In this document: one piece after another, positions 35,301 through 47,364 of the stretch | Numbering within the stretch: position 1 is the first letter of the stretch | Layout of the letters: the number at the start of each line of letters is the position of its first letter | Position numbers and translations under genes: made by a program | Source of the DNA: Caecitellus pseudoparvulus | Lineage: Eukaryota > Protista > Bigyra: Bicosoecida | Length of the DNA stretch: 64,000 nucleotides | Direction of reading: 5' to 3' | Assembly: GCA_965644315.1 (NCBI GenBank) | Contig: CBFFRQ010000074.1 | Span: forward strand, 3,745 to 67,744 | Notes under the pieces: generated by a model | Database searches by the model: none | The model's input: the letters and a program-made list of their open reading frames with translations, nothing else | What the model was told of the DNA's origin: nothing

Positions 35301-38300
35301 TCATGCGGTGTCTTCGGAGAAGTGTCCTCCAATGGCCAATGACGTGCCGTGCCCTCGGCTGCGTTTGTTGTCTGGGGCAGTGGCCACTTGGCTGGTGGCG
35401 GGCCGCTTCGCGCCTCCTTGCTGCTGTGCAGTGGGGCTGAGCAGATCCGTCATGAGGTCTGAGGCTATGAGTGTGAACATCATGCCCGCAGTGCCCCACA
35501 TCGTCGGCTGCGTCTTGGCGGGTGGGGTCTCGGCAGACACTGCGAGCTGCAGCTTCACAGCCCTCGGCATGAACACATGCTGCAGCACCGTGGCAGCCCA
35601 CGGGATGGGGTGGCACGGGACGCGTTCACTGCGTGTGGACAGGTACATGGGTGCCGACACCACCTGCAGCAGTGCTGCTGTGTTCCGCCTCACGCACAGC
35701 GAGTGTTCCACGAAGCGGAACCGCGTCGGCAGCGCGACACCTGCATCCCTGTGCAGCCAGCCAGCGACGCCCCCCTCGGGCAGGCGCCCCCCCGCCTGGG
35801 AGATGAGGCTGGGCAGCACTTGCTCAGTGGCGTGCAGCACTTGGCCGGGGCCTGTGGCTGCCAGCGCCCCCCCTGTGGCCAGACAGGGCAGTGCTGTGGG
35901 CATGCCCATGGCCCGCTTGACGTGTGCCACGACGGCCTCCGTGGTCGTCTCATCATTCACAGGGACATGCAGGAGTGCCTGCCCCGCAGTCTGCCTGCCT
36001 GGCTTGAGGACATAGTCCGATGGCGCCAGTGTCGCCAAGAAACGCTTCACCTGGGGGGGCTGCCCTGGCACTGCAAAAATCGGCTGCATGCCCGTCTGCG
36101 GCCCACACAGCACTTGGTCGTTGAGCACCAGTGGACTCTCTGCCAGGGATTCCTTCAACTGGCGCACGGCGCCACAGGCAGGCAGGGAGGCTGACAGGAG
36201 CAGGGGCGCCGCCGCTGTTGCAGACAGTCCGCCCCAAATGACAGGCAGCAGGTGCGTCGGGCGGCGGCACTCTCCCCATGGTTGCATGGCAGTATACCGC
36301 AGGCGCAGGGGTGCCGAGGGGGGGAAGTCAGTCCTACCGCCTCCTGTGCGCCAGGCGGCTTCAACAGGGCCGGCGGGGTGGGGCAAGCTGGGCAGGCACG
36401 TGTACCACTCCGGCGCGAAGGCGAAGCAGTCCACGGAGCACCAGCCAATACCAGCATCCCGGAAAAGACCTGCCAAGGCTCCGGCGATGTCTTGCAGCGT
36501 CGACGCGGCAGGCACGGCGATGTGCAGCTTCGGCATGCCGCTGAAGGGAGCCCCCTTGTTCTGCGCAGTGCAGCGGAATGGCTGACGCGCGGCGGCCCGG
36601 GTCCACGGCACGTCGAGGGCGGGTCCGAGCGGCTTGACCCACGCTGGGTCCAGCTCAATGTGGGTGACGGGGGCAGCCAGGCTGACCAGCAGTGGAAGCG
36701 CTGGTGCGTCGGTGCCGACGTGGATGAAGAAGGCCGGTTGCACGCCTTGCTGCGCGAGGATGCTAAGAGTGCAGTCAGCGCTGGCTGTGGAAAGGTCTAC
36801 CAGGGAGCCGTTGGTCCCAGCTGCCAGCAAGCGAGTACAGGTGAAGGGCACTTGAAGCAGGGATGCGAGAGCCGAGTGCACTGCCGCGAGCAAAGTGCCG
36901 GTTGTTGCGCCGAAGGAGGCGACAAATTGAACAGCTGGGAAGGTGCCGGTGACACTGTGGTGGCTGTTCAAGAGGAAGGCTGAGGCCAGCCGAGTCTCAT
37001 GCGAAACGTGCTCCCAGGTGTGCACTGGCTCGACACCCGGTCGGTGCATGAGCTCGTGCACAGGGTCGGAGAAGTGTGCTGGAGCGGAGGGGGCTGCGCG
37101 CATTTCAGCATGGCGTGTGAATGTGCAGTGCGGCTGTGCTGGACATGTTGACGCACAGGCCGCTTCCACAGCTGCCCAAGCATCCTCAGACACGGCGAGT
37201 CCCAGCGCCTCTGCGAGCTCCCGCATGGGACTGCTCACAGGCGAGGGGAGTCGCTGACCCATGTGCACCCCCCCCAGCGGAAGCCCTTCCACCCAGCTGC
37301 CTGGCTCAGACCCCAGCCCTGTCGCTGGACTGTCCGCGCAGCTGAGGGCTTGGGCGGCGGCACGTGCAGTGGGGAACGCTCGCTGGCTGAGGGTGTACAC
37401 GTGAGAGGCGGCAGGTGGAAAGGGCAACGCGCCAAGCGCTGCCTGGTGCAGCTCTGGGCGGCAAATGGCGAACGGGGAGCTATGGGCCAGCCCCTCATCA
37501 GCCAAGGCAATGACGTTGCCAGTGCTGGCTGCTGCATGTGCTGCAACCCTCTGCCACGTTTCTCCGCCACTGAGGGCGCCCTGCACAGGCTTCAACACGT
37601 GTCGGCCCAGCAAGTCACGCAGCGTGTGAGTCATTTCGGATACTACCTGCTCTGGGAGGCTGGCGAGGATGGGCGGCAGTGCAGCTGTGGGCGCCGGCTG
37701 GTCAGGGCCAGGCGATTCGGCGACACAGGCGTGCACAGCGACCCCAACGCCCGCCTGAGACAGAGCCTGTGCTGCCACCTTCCAGTCCTCGGCACCAACT
37801 CGAGCAGCGTGCAGGGCAGTGGCGGGGTCTGAGGCAAGTGTGGCCGCCGTGTCGGACATCAAGAGCCGCTGGTGGATGTCTTCAGACAGCACCTCGCCCA
37901 GCAGCACACCGGACACAAAGCTCTGCCCATCCAGGCCCAGAACAGGGCCACGTGCAAGGTGGCCGTGTTGCTGACTTTGGGACTGGCCATGTACTTCCAG
38001 GGAGCCTGCTACAGGGTGCAGCGATGCAAGCTGCTCAGGCGACATGTCCGGTACCTGGCACAGCCCCGACCCTGCGTCGGTCGCAGGTTCCCCCCACGGC
38101 TGCCATGCATCCCAGAACCGCGGAGCTGGGCCCGAGCTTGTGTCTCCAGGTGATGGCGACAGGGTGGGGGCTGGGATGGCTGGTCCTGATGGAGTCATGC
38201 TCGCATCGCCGCCAGCGCTTTTCGACACTTGGTGCCAATGAAGCCGCAGAGCACGCCATGGGACCCCCAGCGCCTCAGCGACTTTGAAGTACACGAATGA

Positions 38301-40742
38301 CAGTGGTTCCTCGAGAGACACACGTACAGGAATGAAGTGATCACCCCTTTGCAAGCCAGAAAGGAAGGAGTAGTCACAGGAGGGTGACACGGCCAGCGTA
38401 GTGGCAGAACTTGCGGCCCCTGGTACAGACCAGTCCAAGGGGGGCCTCGTGCCCGACTTGAACGCCTCGGACGTGGACACCCACAGTGTAATGAGTCGTG
38501 CTTCCTTTGCCCTCACTTCCGCTTCCGCACGCTCCAACTGCACCATCCTCTCGCGATGCTCCTGCAGTTTGGCGGGTGGCTGAATGCAGGCTTGCCCAAG
38601 GTTCTGCACTGGCACATCATGGAGCACCAGGTGCTGTGCAAGGAGACTGGAGGCAGCACTCTCCAGCTGTGTCTTTCCTTCATCGCTCAGGAAAGCCTGT
38701 GCTGGCTGGACGCAGTCCTCGACCGACGCAGTCATGCTTTGGAAGGGGTCCAGCACCGTTTGAGCACAGCTTTCCTTCACGTACATGAGCATGTACGCGC
38801 AAGTGCTGCCTTCATAGTGGTTCTGCGTTGCTTCCTCATGAGACACTGGCCGCGTGTGCTTGTCATCAACCAAGCACCACTGAAGTGCAGCCGCGATTTG
38901 CTTGCCATGTTCACTGCCGCAGCCAGCCCCCCTGGAGAGTTCATCACCGAGCAGAGAGCCCGCAACGAAGGAGTCTGACATGGAGCACGCCTCCAGGACA
39001 TGCTCAGGCGCACCAGCCAGCGCAGCATCGGCACGGCTCTGAGTCCCTGCACTCAAACTGAATGCAGGAGGCGATGGGCAGGGTGGCAGACCCTGCTCCG
39101 GGGACTCAGCAGGAGCGGCAGTTTCAGCCGGGAGAAGGCCGAGGTTTGGTCGGACGTATGCGAAGTAGTGTCCACTGCTTCCATCGTCACCCGCATGCAC
39201 GATGACTGTGTGCAGTCGGTACACTGTGCCGGGAGCCTGGCGCGCCTCTGACGCAGCCGCAGCTACCCGCTGTGAAAAGGGACACTCAGCTGCAGGCCCA
39301 CCCTCAGCATCTCCAGCATCTTCAGCATCTGTGGTTGGCACCCCTTGCTCGTCCTCAGTGAGGGGCTCGTAGAATGGAGCCATGTCCAACCTGTCCGGGA
39401 ACTTAAGTTTTCCGCAATTCTTCTCCAGCGAAAACGTCACAGGGTTGTACTGCACCCGGGCCAAGTTGATGCCCAAGATGGGCGGCAAGGTGCTGATCTT
39501 GGTTTGCTCTTCAGCAGCTTGACGGCCGTGCGAGTCAGTGTCGTAGCCTGTGATGTCTTGCGGTGCTGTGAGTTGCCGCAGCGAGTCCAGGAGCGTGCCC
39601 TTTGCCGTGATGGGCACCAAGAGGTCTTCGAAGCACTCCTTGTTCTTGCGCTGGTAGTCCACATGCTTGCACGTCCGTGACACCACCATCTCCCCGCGGA
39701 CCAGGCTCGGCAGAACGCGGGCAAGCGCGGTGCCTTTGCAGCGCTGCTCCAGGTACTCGTGCACAGCGCGCTGCAGCTCTTGCACATCTTGCTGGTGCTG
39801 CATGACCGACGCCTCCCATCCAAAGCCGGCAGTGAGGGCTGCCGTGCTGCCGACGTTGCCCTGCGTCTGCATCGTCTCCATGGTCTCTTGCAAGTGCACG
39901 AGGCCAGCTGCGTTGCGCTCTCCAGCTGCAAACGGGTCTGCCGCGAAAATCAGCGCCCGGATGAGTGGAACATGGAACATGTGCTGTACAAGCACGTTCA
40001 AGTAGCATGTGGTGCCCTGATTGAGCAGGCCCACTGGGTTGCTCCAGAGGGGCTCAACTGCAGGAGGCCGCGGCAGGCTGCACAGCACTTCGCGCTTCAC
40101 TTGCGACACGAGGACGAAGAGAATGACCAGTGGGGATGCACTGGGCCCATCTCCCAGCAAAGGGGCAGATTCGCCACGCCTTGGGGGAGTGTAGGGTACG
40201 TGCATCTTTGCTTTAGTGCTGGTGGACAGGACAACTGGTTCGGCACTGCTCTCCAGCGGCGACTGCGAAGTGTCGCTCCACGCAATCGTGCCCAGCACTT
40301 TGGCAGAGAAGTGCAGGGAGGGATCTGCAGCCACACCCACGTGGATGGACAGGCCAGAGGCGGTCCTTTCTGCTGTTGCCTGCCAGACGCTTGAGCTGGG
40401 TCCCACGCACTCTGCACTGGCGAGCGCCTGCCCCTCTTTGCAGCACACTTGTAGGCGGAGCACGCGAAGACCAGTGGCTGCGTTGCCAGTGACTGTCGGA
40501 GCAGGAGTAGGTCTCCAGCCACCGGGGCTCTGTTGGCCAAGGAAGGCCCCAGTATCCCCGCCACTGCCAGCTGCCACGGCGCCGTAGTCCCCCCATGCTC
40601 CTGGCCACGCTGGGCAGGCTTCACCACCGCCTGGAGGCTGGCTCCGCGCTGCAAGTGGATTTCCCGCTTGAGAACCCAGATAAAGACCCAAGGCTCCAAG
40701 CACACTGCTCAAATCAATGGTTCCTGTGGGCTTTTGTGCCAT
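35301..40742 (-). CDS. Ubiquitin-specific protease (C19), USP7-like catalytic domain
   Basis: VGLLNQGTTCYLN (Cys box), GFGW...QQDVQEL, HAGDDGSSGHYFAY (His box), WCLVDD and AYMLMYVK. Confidence 0.88.
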   Translation of the reverse strand: MAQKPTGTIDLSSVLGALGLYLGSQAGNPLAARSQPPGGGEACPAWPGAWGDYGAVAAGSGGDTGAFLGQQSPGGWRPTPAPTVTGNAATGLRVLRLQVCCKEGQALASAECVGPSSSVWQATAERTASGLSIHVGVAADPSLHFSAKVLGTIAWSDTSQSPLESSAEPVVLSTSTKAKMHVPYTPPRRGESAPLLGDGPSASPLVILFVLVSQVKREVLCSLPRPPAVEPLWSNPVGLLNQGTTCYLNVLVQHMFHVPLIRALIFAADPFAAGERNAAGLVHLQETMETMQTQGNVGSTAALTAGFGWEASVMQHQQDVQELQRAVHEYLEQRCKGTALARVLPSLVRGEMVVSRTCKHVDYQRKNKECFEDLLVPITAKGTLLDSLRQLTAPQDITGYDTDSHGRQAAEEQTKISTLPPILGINLARVQYNPVTFSLEKNCGKLKFPDRLDMAPFYEPLTEDEQGVPTTDAEDAGDAEGGPAAECPFSQRVAAAASEARQAPGTVYRLHTVIVHAGDDGSSGHYFAYVRPNLGLLPAETAAPAESPEQGLPPCPSPPAFSLSAGTQSRADAALAGAPEHVLEACSMSDSFVAGSLLGDELSRGAGCGSEHGKQIAAALQWCLVDDKHTRPVSHEEATQNHYEGSTCAYMLMYVKESCAQTVLDPFQSMTASVEDCVQPAQAFLSDEGKTQLESAASSLLAQHLVLHDVPVQNLGQACIQPPAKLQEHRERMVQLERAEAEVRAKEARLITLWVSTSEAFKSGTRPPLDWSVPGAASSATTLAVSPSCDYSFLSGLQRGDHFIPVRVSLEEPLSFVYFKVAEALGVPWRALRLHWHQVSKSAGGDASMTPSGPAIPAPTLSPSPGDTSSGPAPRFWDAWQPWGEPATDAGSGLCQVPDMSPEQLASLHPVAGSLEVHGQSQSQQHGHLARGPVLGLDGQSFVSGVLLGEVLSEDIHQRLLMSDTAATLASDPATALHAARVGAEDWKVAAQALSQAGVGVAVHACVAESPGPDQPAPTAALPPILASLPEQVVSEMTHTLRDLLGRHVLKPVQGALSGGETWQRVAAHAAASTGNVIALADEGLAHSSPFAICRPELHQAALGALPFPPAASHVYTLSQRAFPTARAAAQALSCADSPATGLGSEPGSWVEGLPLGGVHMGQRLPSPVSSPMRELAEALGLAVSEDAWAAVEAACASTCPAQPHCTFTRHAEMRAAPSAPAHFSDPVHELMHRPGVEPVHTWEHVSHETRLASAFLLNSHHSVTGTFPAVQFVASFGATTGTLLAAVHSALASLLQVPFTCTRLLAAGTNGSLVDLSTASADCTLSILAQQGVQPAFFIHVGTDAPALPLLVSLAAPVTHIELDPAWVKPLGPALDVPWTRAAARQPFRCTAQNKGAPFSGMPKLHIAVPAASTLQDIAGALAGLFRDAGIGWCSVDCFAFAPEWYTCLPSLPHPAGPVEAAWRTGGGRTDFPPSAPLRLRYTAMQPWGECRRPTHLLPVIWGGLSATAAAPLLLSASLPACGAVRQLKESLAESPLVLNDQVLCGPQTGMQPIFAVPGQPPQVKRFLATLAPSDYVLKPGRQTAGQALLHVPVNDETTTEAVVAHVKRAMGMPTALPCLATGGALAATGPGQVLHATEQVLPSLISQAGGRLPEGGVAGWLHRDAGVALPTRFRFVEHSLCVRRNTAALLQVVSAPMYLSTRSERVPCHPIPWAATVLQHVFMPRAVKLQLAVSAETPPAKTQPTMWGTAGMMFTLIASDLMTDLLSPTAQQQGGAKRPATSQVATAPDNKRSRGHGTSLAIGGHFSEDTA

Positions 40743-40897
40743 TCTGCCTTGTGGCAAGTGCCTGGCCGTTTCACACAAGCAGGTGCCACAGGAGAGTCCG
40801 CACCACGCCAAGTGTGCTGCGGCGCTTTACACCGTGAGAAGCGGCCCAGTGCAAGTCTAGTATGGACAAACAGATCATGAAAGAAGCCATGAATTTG

Positions 40898-42860
40898 CTA
40901 CTGCTCCACAGTGACCGCCACTGCATCCGTGTCAGCCTCCTTGCTGCGGCGCCGGTGGCGAGGGGGCTGAGGGTCCCGTGGCGTCAGGGACGTGCCAGCC
41001 AGCCCCGGCCGCGAGTGCAGCCGGCGCTGGTCAGCTGACTCCAGCACCCGAGCTGCACCCTGTGCCTGTGTCTCTGGGGTGTCCCGCCGGGCAGAAGCGC
41101 TGGCCTCACTGACGACCGAGTCAGACTTGGGGCGCCCTGGGGCTGCCGCAGCGCCGGCGTCTGGAGCAGCTGCCGCCGCCCCTGGCGCAGCGCCTGGCCG
41201 CGCGAAGAGCAGGGCGTCGGCGTACTCGTCACGCGCAATGCGCAGAACCCTTGCCGTGCCGCTGCGCAGCCTGGCCGAGAAGTCTGCGACGTACGTGCCT
41301 GGTGCGGCGGTGAGGGCTTTGGAGGCCAGCAGCTCGAAGGAACGCTTTACACTCTTGATGCCGTCACTGCCGGACGTCACCTCGAACTCGCCATTCAACA
41401 CCATGGTGCAGACGGTGTACACATTGCCACGCACGTACAGGTCGCTGCCAGGCGCTGTCGGTGTGCCTTCATCGTCAGGCTTGTCTGCGCCGGTGGGGGA
41501 CGCCTCTGGTGCCACCAGGTCCAGCACCCTGCTGCCCGAGACGAGGTCCTGGATGGCCTCGAAGGACATAGGCACGCCAGCTGGCGTCAAGGCCTGGAAG
41601 GCGGGCACTGTCGCCTGCAGCGTCGCAGCCACCGCCCGAACCAGGGCAGGCTCCAGGTCGTTGTGGCCGCGGGAGGTGTCCAGCAGCCGCAGCGTCTCGC
41701 TGCCGAAGGCGGCCCGCTTGGTGCGGCGGTCCCCAGCGCTGGTCTCGAACTCGTCGAACTCGTCCACGAGCTCCATCTGCAGGATCTGCTCAATGACGTC
41801 CTCCAGGGTGACGAGGCCGACGAGGGAGTAGGTGGGGTCTTTGTCTGACTCGGTGTCGTCGATGTCCCGTACCATGGCCAGGTGGGTGCCGTTGGTAGTG
41901 AGGGCGCTCAGGCACTCCTCCACGACAGTCGTCGCGTCCACAGTGAGCACTTCGTCCCGCTCGAAGAAGGAGACGACGGTGATGACAGGCACCTCGTCTG
42001 CCGGCACCACTAGCATGAGGTCCTTAGCGAACAGCATGCCGACGACGCTCTCCCCCGCGTCGTCGAAGACCGGCACGCGGCTGAAGCCTGACTTGAAGAT
42101 GCGGGACATGACCTCGAAGGTGAGCTTGTCGCTGGAGCGCACGGAGAAGATGGCGTCGCGCTTGGTCATGATGTCTGCGACGGTCTTGGTGGTGATGGCC
42201 AGGGCGCCCTGCATGATGAGGCGCCGGGGCGGGGAGATGATGGCGGCGTGCTGCTCGATGAGGGAGTTGAACTCGCTCTCGTTGTAGAACTTGCCCAGCT
42301 CCTCGCCCAGGGCCCAGTCCAGTGCCATGGAGATGGGCTTGGCGACGATGTACAGCAGCAGCATGATGACCCGCACCAGCGGCACGGTCTTGGCGCCGAT
42401 GTACAGAGCGTAGCGGGAGCACAGGGCTTGGGGGATGATCTCGCCGAAGATGACGATGAGAGCCGTGGACACCAGGAACCCCAGCAAGCCAGAGGTCAAG
42501 GCGGCCGTCAAAATGGACAGCTGGGCGTTCACCGCCACATTGCCCAGCAGCAGCGTGCACAGGAGCAGGTTGCCGTTCTGGCGAATGGGCCAAATGGTGC
42601 TGGCCCAACGCTTCTCGTCCACACTGCCTGCCTCGCGCACGATCTGCACAGGGGCGATGCGGGCGGTAGCTGGCCGGGGGTGGCACTGCATTGGCCCGTG
42701 CAGTGCAGCAGGGTGCTGCTGCACTGCAGCTTCGCTTTCGCACCTTCAGTTGGTTCGTGTCCAGGCCCAGCAAGCCCAAGGTCAAGCCCGAGAACAGAGC
42801 TGACAGCGCCACAAGCACGACGATGGCAATGTACTGCAGGATGATCTCGCCGATGCTCAT
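40898..42860 (-). CDS. CNNM: CNNM/DUF21-CBS metal transporter
   Basis: SALFSGLTLGLLGLD, LLCTLLLGNVAVN, FGEIIPQALC, SGFSRVPV and GLVTLEDVIEQIL; intron ~42744-42645. Confidence 0.93.
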
Positions 42861-43256
42861 GGTGAGTGCAGGTTTGTGGCTTGGGGTGGAGGCGGAAATT
42901 GAGAAACAGCTGCTTGCCTGCAGCCAACGCACTCAGCCGTGAGCGGGACAGGGGAGGAATCCAGCGAGCTCGCACGGCGCACAACCTTGCAGATGCTCTT
43001 GCATGGTGTGTGGTGGGAAGTGCATCCCCGCTCGGTCTGACAGTGGCGGGTGCAGGAGGGGAGAGAGGTGCCCTTTCTGTTTGCCAGGTTTCTTGGCTGT
43101 GAGATGTCGCCTACCGCCAGTCATCCGGCGGCGCCTCTCGCCCCACACATTTCAATGCCGCCACCTCCGCACCCCCTCCACATTGATGCAGGCACGTCAC
43201 ATGTTGCAGATTTCGCAGAGCAGCGCACTCCATCCCAGGATCTTGACCCATTGAGC

Positions 43257-44529
43257 ATGGCTGCTGAGTCTGGCTCCCCCGGCTTGAAGGCCCTCATCCT
43301 CGTGGGTGGCTTCGGCACCCGACTGCGCCCACTGACGTTCACAAAGCCCAAGCCCCTGGTCGAGTTCGCGAACCTCGCCATCGTGCTGCACCAGATTGAG
43401 GCACTGGCTCAGGTGCGGAATTTGTGCGGCGTGCTGGAGCAGGCGGCGCTGTGCTGACACCACCCTCAACTCCGTGCTGTCAGGTGGGAGTGACAGAAGT
43501 CGTGCTTGCCATTGGTTTCAAACCGGAGGCCATCAACGCCAGGGTGCCTGAGATCGAGAAGAAGGTGAGTGCAACAACACGCACTGTGCGCAGCGTGTGG
43601 CTGGTGCTGGGCAGGATGCTCACGACCTGCACCCCTGCTCGCTCCGTCCGCAGTACGGCGTGAAGGTGACGGTGTCCCTGGAAGAGACCCCCATGGGCAC
43701 AGCAGGCCCCCTGGCCTTGGCCCGTGAGCACCTGAAGACGCCCACCGACGAGCCCTTCTTCGTGTTCAACTCGGACGTCACGTGCGAGTACCCGCTGGCC
43801 GACCTGCTGGCCTTCCACAAGGCCCACGGCAAGGAGGGCACCATCATGGTGACACAGGTGAAGGACCCCTCCAAGTACGGCGTGGTGGTGTACGGGGAAG
43901 ACGGCCGCATCGAGCGCTTCGTGGAGAAGCCGACGCAGTGGGTGGGGGACCGCATCAACGCTGGCCTGTACATCTTCAGCCCCTCCATCCTGGCCCGCAT
44001 CCCCGACGCACCCACCTCCATCGAGCGGGAGGTGTTCCCAGTCATGGCGGGCGAGGGCAACTTGTTCGCCATGGACCTGCCTGGGTACTGGATGGACATC
44101 GGGCAGCCCAAGGACTACCTCACCGGCTCCGTCATGCACTTGGCGTCCCTGGCCAAGCGCGCGCCACACCGCCTGGCGACAGGGGAGGGTATCAAGGGCA
44201 ATGTGCTGGTGCACGAGAGCGCCACCATTGGTGCTGGCAGTGTCGTGGGGCCTGACGTCATCATCGGGGAGGGTGTCGTGGTGGGGGCCGGCGTGCGTCT
44301 GCAGCGGTGCACACTGCTGCAGGGGGCCATCGTGAAGGACCATGCATTTGTGAAGGACAGCATCATCGGCTGGAACAGCACGCTGGGCGCCTGGACCCGT
44401 GTGGAGGGCAGCAGTGTGCTGGGGGAGGACGTGCAGTTGGCAGAGGGGCAGACGCTGAACGGCACCATCGTCCTGCCACACAAGGGCGTAAAGGACTCCT
44501 GGCGGGAGCCGGGCAAGATCATCATGTGA
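43257..44529 (+). CDS. GMPPB: Mannose-1-phosphate guanylyltransferase
   Basis: [48 protein letters not shown] and C-terminal hexapeptide repeats; two introns. Confidence 0.96.
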
Positions 44530-44565
44530 GCGCGGGGAGGCAATGCACCGAGGCACACTGGCAGG

Positions 44566-45423
44566 TCACCCGCAGGCGCAGCCCCCCGCAGGCTTGGCCT
44601 GTGCAGGCTCCTCCTCGTCCAGCAGCACCAGCTTGGGGCGGCGGCCACGACGGCCACGGCCCCCCTCGCCCCCCATGCCGCCTGTGGCGGCCCTGGCGCC
44701 TGCCATTTCTGCAAAGTGGAGCGGCGGGTGCCGTTGGGGGGTTGTGTCGTGCTGGTGGCGGTCATGGCGCGGCACTCACTGCGCGTGAGTGCGGCAAAGG
44801 CGTCGTGGAGACCAGCCCCCGTCTTGGCGGAGGTGAGCACGTGTAAAGCCCCCACTTCGTCGGCATAGGCCTGGGCAACGTCAGCTGGCACGTGGCGCTT
44901 GCTTTCCAGGTCGCACTTGTTGCCGGCGATGGCCAGGGAGATGGAGGGCCCCACCACCTTGCGTAGCTCCTTGACCCACGCCTTGACGCGCTCGAAGCTG
45001 TGCGAGTCGGTGATGTCGTACACCAACAGCGCGCCGGTCGCGTCACGGTAGTACAAGGGGGTCAGTGCATGGAATCGCTCCTGCCCTGCCGTGTCCCAAA
45101 TGCTGAGCTTGTGGTCCTGCGCCGGCGCGTGGCGGCGTGGCGGGGTGAGGCAGGCTGGGTTTCAGCACTGAAACGCCGCTGTCGCCACTCACCGTGCCGT
45201 CCACGCTCACCACCTTCTCCATGTAGGAGGCATCCATGGAGGAAGCCTGTTTGTCATCGAATTCATCCTTCACGAACTTCAGCAAGATGGACGTCTTGCC
45301 CACTCGCCCTGCGCGTGCGGCAACGTGTGGTGCTGGTGCCGCCGGCCATGCGCCGCAGCTCGCCCTGGCACACTCACCCTCCCCCAGCAAGCACACCTTC
45401 AGCCCAGTGCTGGCAGCAGCCAT
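44566..45423 (-). CDS. RAB21: Rab21 small GTPase
   Basis: VCLLGEGRVGKTS, WDTAGQERFHALTPLYYRD, GNKCD, TSAK and C-terminal CAC; three introns. Confidence 0.9.
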
Positions 45424-45668
45424 ACCAACAGGTTCCTGGCGCACGGTGTGGAGGGCAACTGCTCTTCGAACGTGTGGCAGACTCGCTGACCAGGGTTAGA
45501 GTGGGAGCTGCCTCCTGCAGGGTTGCCTGGGTGCAACTGCTTTCCGACGTGGCAGACTCAGTGGTGCCTGGGGCGTGCAAGGGCGCAGTGGCACGTGGTC
45601 AAATTGTTTTGACCGTCTGCAATGGCGCAGCTTCCTTTGGGCGTGAGCACTGCACGCTCTCGCCCACC

Positions 45669-46262
45669 ATGGCCAACACTCGCGGCACAAAGCGAGCTTT
45701 GGAGGAGCCCACGCCAAGCAACCCAGACAAGCGCCTGTGCGGAGTGGAGGGCCAGGAAACACCCCAGCACGCTGCCACCCAAGTCCCCCTGCACTCGCTT
45801 CCCGCACCGTATGCTGGGGTCAATGGCACCTTGAGGCAATTGCACGTGGCACGCATGCAGCGCAGAGCAAGAGCTGCACAAGCAGAGGCAGGGCAGGTGG
45901 AGCAGCCGTCGCTGAGGGTACGGGTGCGGCTGGCTGGTGCTGCTGGGGCGTACATTTCCCCACCAGGAAGCCAGCCGCGTTTACAGTCGCCTTCGTGGGG
46001 GGCTCCAGCCGGCGTGACGGGCGCGGGACCAGGCCAGCGTTTCGCCGGCGTTGCCCAAGCACAAAGCCTGCCGAACCCAACTGGTACAGCGGCCGAGCAG
46101 TTCCCCCTTCACCACACACACAATGGAATGGATGCATTGGGTCGGCCCACCGCACTCCCCAGCCAGGGGTTCGTTGCTCATGCCAGGAGCAGCGACTCTG
46201 GACTCGTGCGTGGATCTGGCAGAATTGGAGGGTTCAAGCGACAGCGAGACACGGGCCTCTGA
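45669..46262 (+). CDS. Hypothetical low-complexity protein with a FAM104/VCF-like helix
   Basis: ATG in a good context, basic KR clusters, and YAGVNGTLRQLHVARMQRR. Confidence 0.45.
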   Translation: MANTRGTKRALEEPTPSNPDKRLCGVEGQETPQHAATQVPLHSLPAPYAGVNGTLRQLHVARMQRRARAAQAEAGQVEQPSLRVRVRLAGAAGAYISPPGSQPRLQSPSWGAPAGVTGAGPGQRFAGVAQAQSLPNPTGTAAEQFPLHHTHNGMDALGRPTALPSQGFVAHARSSDSGLVRGSGRIGGFKRQRDTGL

Positions 46263-46328
46263 AGCGGCCCAGCAGCACACTTGCATGCAGTCCTCCCAAA
46301 CCACGGCCGGAGTGGGTCGCAGAGCGCT

Positions 46329-47022
46329 TCATGCGGCAGGGTCCCCGTCCCCCGGCCCCTCCCCAGCCCCTGCAGCTTCGGCAGGTTCAGGCGCCGCAGC
46401 TGCGGCACCGGCTGCATCCGCGGCGGCTGGCTGAGCAGAGGCGACGCTGTCGCTAGCTGCTGCACTGGCTGCATCTTCATCTGCGCTGTCTTCATCTGGA
46501 GGGTTCACTTGCCCCAGCTTCTGCAAACGCTGGCCGAAAACTTCGGCTGCTTGCTCCAGCTGCGCAGAGGGAGTGGGAGTTCAGGCTACAGGCGGGCAGA
46601 GTTCCACAATGCAAGCGGTGGACTCACCTTGAGCTTCAGCATGCCCCACATCGCAGTGGGTGCGGCGACGCAGGCCAGCAAGTACTCCTCATCCACCGCC
46701 GCCACGCCAATGCGCCCCGCTTCCATGTCCAGCAGCAGCAGCTGGAGCTGGCGCCCACCCAGGCTCTTCTCAGAGGCCTTGGAGTACTCGGCCCAGATGC
46801 TGGAGGTGACGGCAGCTACCCGGGCGTTGTCTGGGATGTGCCGGCTGGCACAGGCGATGCCGAGCAGTGCGCCAGTGGCCGACAGCAGCCTGCACAGAGG
46901 GAGGGTGCATCGTGTGAGCATGGCACGTGACGCAGGGCATTGCGCAGTACGCACATTGACGTGTGCACTCCGTCACCGTTGACAGCCTGCAGGGCGTCAG
47001 CCACAGCGGCGTTGCGAAGCAT
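46329..47022 (-). CDS. LAMTOR2: Ragulator subunit LAMTOR2 (roadblock)
   Basis: MLRNAAVADALQAVNGDGV..LLSATGALL..ARVAAVTSSIWAEY..LDMEAGRI..WGMLKLK; two introns. Confidence 0.85.
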
Positions 47023-47364
47023 GCTTGCGTTTCAGGCGAAACGCCCCTGGAGCCCTGGGACACTCTGAGGGGGCTGACTCGGGCTTGAGCGGGGCGAGCC
47101 GCGGGGCCTACGTGGGATTCAAGAAGACAGGCTCTGTGGGTGGCCGACCGGGTGCTCATTTTTGTGTCCAGGCTGCAAACTGCAGAGGCAGCTCGCTGGG
47201 CGGCAGCGCCTGTGATGGGCACACCTGAGCTCGCCGTGGCACTTTTCAGTTCCCTGCGACTCCCTGCCTCCCACGCCACGGCCCTGTGCCTGACCCACAG
47301 TGCTTACACCTGCCCCATCAAGTCGCCGCACCTGTTCGCTGTGCCCCGCCTCTTGAGCAGCGCC

